Origin: Nemertoderma westbladi
Taxonomy: Eukaryota; Animalia; Xenacoelomorpha
Length of the DNA stretch: 64,000 nt
Assembly (NCBI GenBank): GCA_032718475.1
Contig: JAUCBJ010005882.1
Coordinates: 1-64,000, forward strand
Direction: 5' to 3'
Below are positions 61,816-64,000 of this stretch, piece by piece. How positions within the stretch are numbered: position 1 is the first letter of the stretch; every line of letters starts with the position of its first letter. The notes beneath the pieces are model-generated. The model made no database searches, was not told the origin of the DNA, and worked only from the letters and a program-made list of their open reading frames with translations. A program made the position numbers and the translations under genes.

Positions 61816-62179
61816 ACTACACCAACATGCCAGTCGGGATCACCACCCCCTCCCAATGCAGCTGGACTTTCAACTGGGTGATCGGCGGCTGGAAGGACAG
61901 CCATTGCCTGCTTGTCAGTCCCCAAACAGAACGCCATATGGTCCAGGTAGCGAGCCAGGCGTTGGTTAACAACATCGATCTTATTTGTTCTAAAATACTA
62001 AATTATTATTTATTCAGAGGGCTGATGTTTACTCTGCTCGTTTATATATTTGGTTATATTATTATTACATATTATTATTAAATTATTGAAGATTTGAAGT
62101 GCTACTGTATAATTATTAATCTGATATTGTTCTAGAATACTTAATTAATATTTATTCGGGTGACTGGTGTTTAATCTAG

Positions 62180-62620
62180 TTTTATTGAGTATCATTTATG
62201 TTTTGGTTAGAAAACAATACCACTGTTTTCCACACATACCACACATTTTCCAGGATTTGTGTATATTTTCTGTATCAACCATGTAACCAGTTTCAATGAG
62301 TATCATTTATTGTTTTGGTTAGAAAACACAATCACTGTTCCTGTTTCTTTCCTATGATTGGTGTATTTTCTGTATCGACCATGCTGATGCAACCAGTTTA
62401 ATTCAGTATTGTTTATTGTTTTAGTTAGAATACCCCGCCACTGTAACCTGTTTCGTTATAGCATGATTGGTGTATTTTCTTTATCGACCATGTAACCAAT
62501 TTTATTGAGAATCGTTTATTGTTTTGGTTAGAAAACAACGCCAAAGTAACCTGTTCCATTCCCATGATTTGTTTATTTTCTGTATCGACTATATAACCAG
62601 TTTTATTAAGTATCGCTTCA
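62180..62620. repeat. ~103-bp tandem units containing gtttattgttttggttagaa
   Basis: About four degenerate copies; the same core is dispersed elsewhere in the window. Confidence 0.75.
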
Positions 62621-63204
62621 TGAATTTCACGAATAAACGGACATAGGGGCTCATAAAAAAAACCTTCGCAGATAACCTTTTTAATGTTTGGATATCATGC
62701 CTAATATCCTAAATTATCTGAAATGAGAAATTGGAAGCAAATTCCGTTATGTGTGGGCTCCTACTGTACTTGCAAGTTGAAATTGACTGAACATTTTTTA
62801 ACATTTTCCAAAATCTCTGTGCGAATTTTGCCTACAATTATGGCGAAAATACAGTCATTATAAATAACATTAATCCTAGTCTGTTTGTTTGCCTGTGTGA
62901 GTGATGGTTCAACCTCGGTTGTAGTTAAGAAATAATTTATTTTTGGTTTCCTAGAAAGCAATCAAAAAATAACAAAACGATATTGCGAATTTCGTAATTC
63001 CGTAACGAAAACATGACATTTTTTAAAATAACTACTCAACATGTGACATTCAAATTTTAAATTCTCTTCCTCTAACCGCTGGGCAATACGCAATTATTTT
63101 CCTTTTGTGGCAATGTGATATATAAGTCGAGATATTTGCGTTACGGAATTACAATTTCGCGTTACGGAATTACGTTACGGAATTACAATTTTCCAACTAT
63201 GCGT

Positions 63205-64000
63205 GGCGTTAGTCTTGGTGTAGACTATAGAGTGGTACACTGCGTGACGTTAGTGTTGGTGTAGACTGGTACACTTCGAGACGTTACTGTTGGTGTAGAC
63301 TGGTACACTGGTAGACCTTAGTGTTGGTGTAGACTGGTACACTGCGAGACGTTAGTGTTGGTGTAGACTGGTACACTGAGAGACTTTTGTGTTGGTGTAG
63401 ACTGGTACACTGAAGAGACTTTAGTGTTGGTGTAGACTGGTACACTGAGAGACTTTAGTGTTGGTTTAGACTGGTACACTGCGATACGTTAATGTCGGTG
63501 TAGACTGGAACACTGCGAGACTTTAATGTTGGTGTAGACTGGTACACTTCGAGACGTTACTGTTGGTGTAGACTGGTACACTGGTAGACCTTAGTGTTGG
63601 TGTAGACTGGTACACTGCGAGACGTTAGTGTTGGTGTAGACTGGTACAATGCGATACGTTAACGTTGGTGTAGACTGGTACACTGCGAGACTTTAATGTT
63701 GGTGTAGACTGGTACACTGGGCGACGTTAGTGTTGGTGTAGACTGGTACACTGCGAGACGTTAGTGTTGGTGTAGACTGGTACACTGAGAGACTTTTGTG
63801 TTGGTGTAGACTGGTACACTGAGAGACTTTAGTGTTGGTGTAGACTGGTACACTGAGAGACTTTAGTGTTGGTTTAGACTGGTACACTGCGATACGTTAA
63901 TGTCGGTGTAGACTGGAACACTGCGAGACTTTAATGTTGGTGTAGACTGGTACACTGGGAGACGTTAGTGTTGGTGTAGACTGGTACAATGAGAGACTTT
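63205..64000. repeat. 32-bp minisatellite running off the right edge
   Basis: (gttagtgttggtgtagactggtacactgcgagac)n with higher-order variants. Confidence 0.97.

Noticed and set aside
61476-62081. 201-aa ORF
   Set aside because: Built on G-rich short repeats with a non-ATG start and no recognisable domain.

Overview
AT-rich, repeat-dense eukaryotic (probably invertebrate animal) genomic DNA. The main host gene is the spliceosomal/EJC-loading factor CWC22 on the minus strand: eight well-supported exons from 28562 to 8829, a candidate first exon at 29989-30176, one GC-AG intron, and last exon(s) apparently off the left edge. Its intron 16623-25847 is largely filled by about 55 tandem 78-bp copies of the gene's own branch point, polypyrimidine tract, AG and first 58 nt of the next exon, split by a Ty3/gypsy element. 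That element has TATAAG...CTTATA termini and dissimilar LTRs, and carries a 249-bp insert with a complete minimal hammerhead ribozyme. The left edge is the 5' part of a BEL/Pao-like retrotransposon whose leader has six kink-turn hairpins, five closed by cUUCGg, and a coupled upstream ORF. Also present: a Penelope-like relic with hammerhead motifs, several RT-deleted RTE-like LINE copies, a foldback Mutator-like element inside a three-level nest of TIR elements, many MITEs, SINEs, minisatellites and an intronless BC-box/LRR gene. All calls come from manual reading and recalled family motifs; no database searches or folding programs were run.
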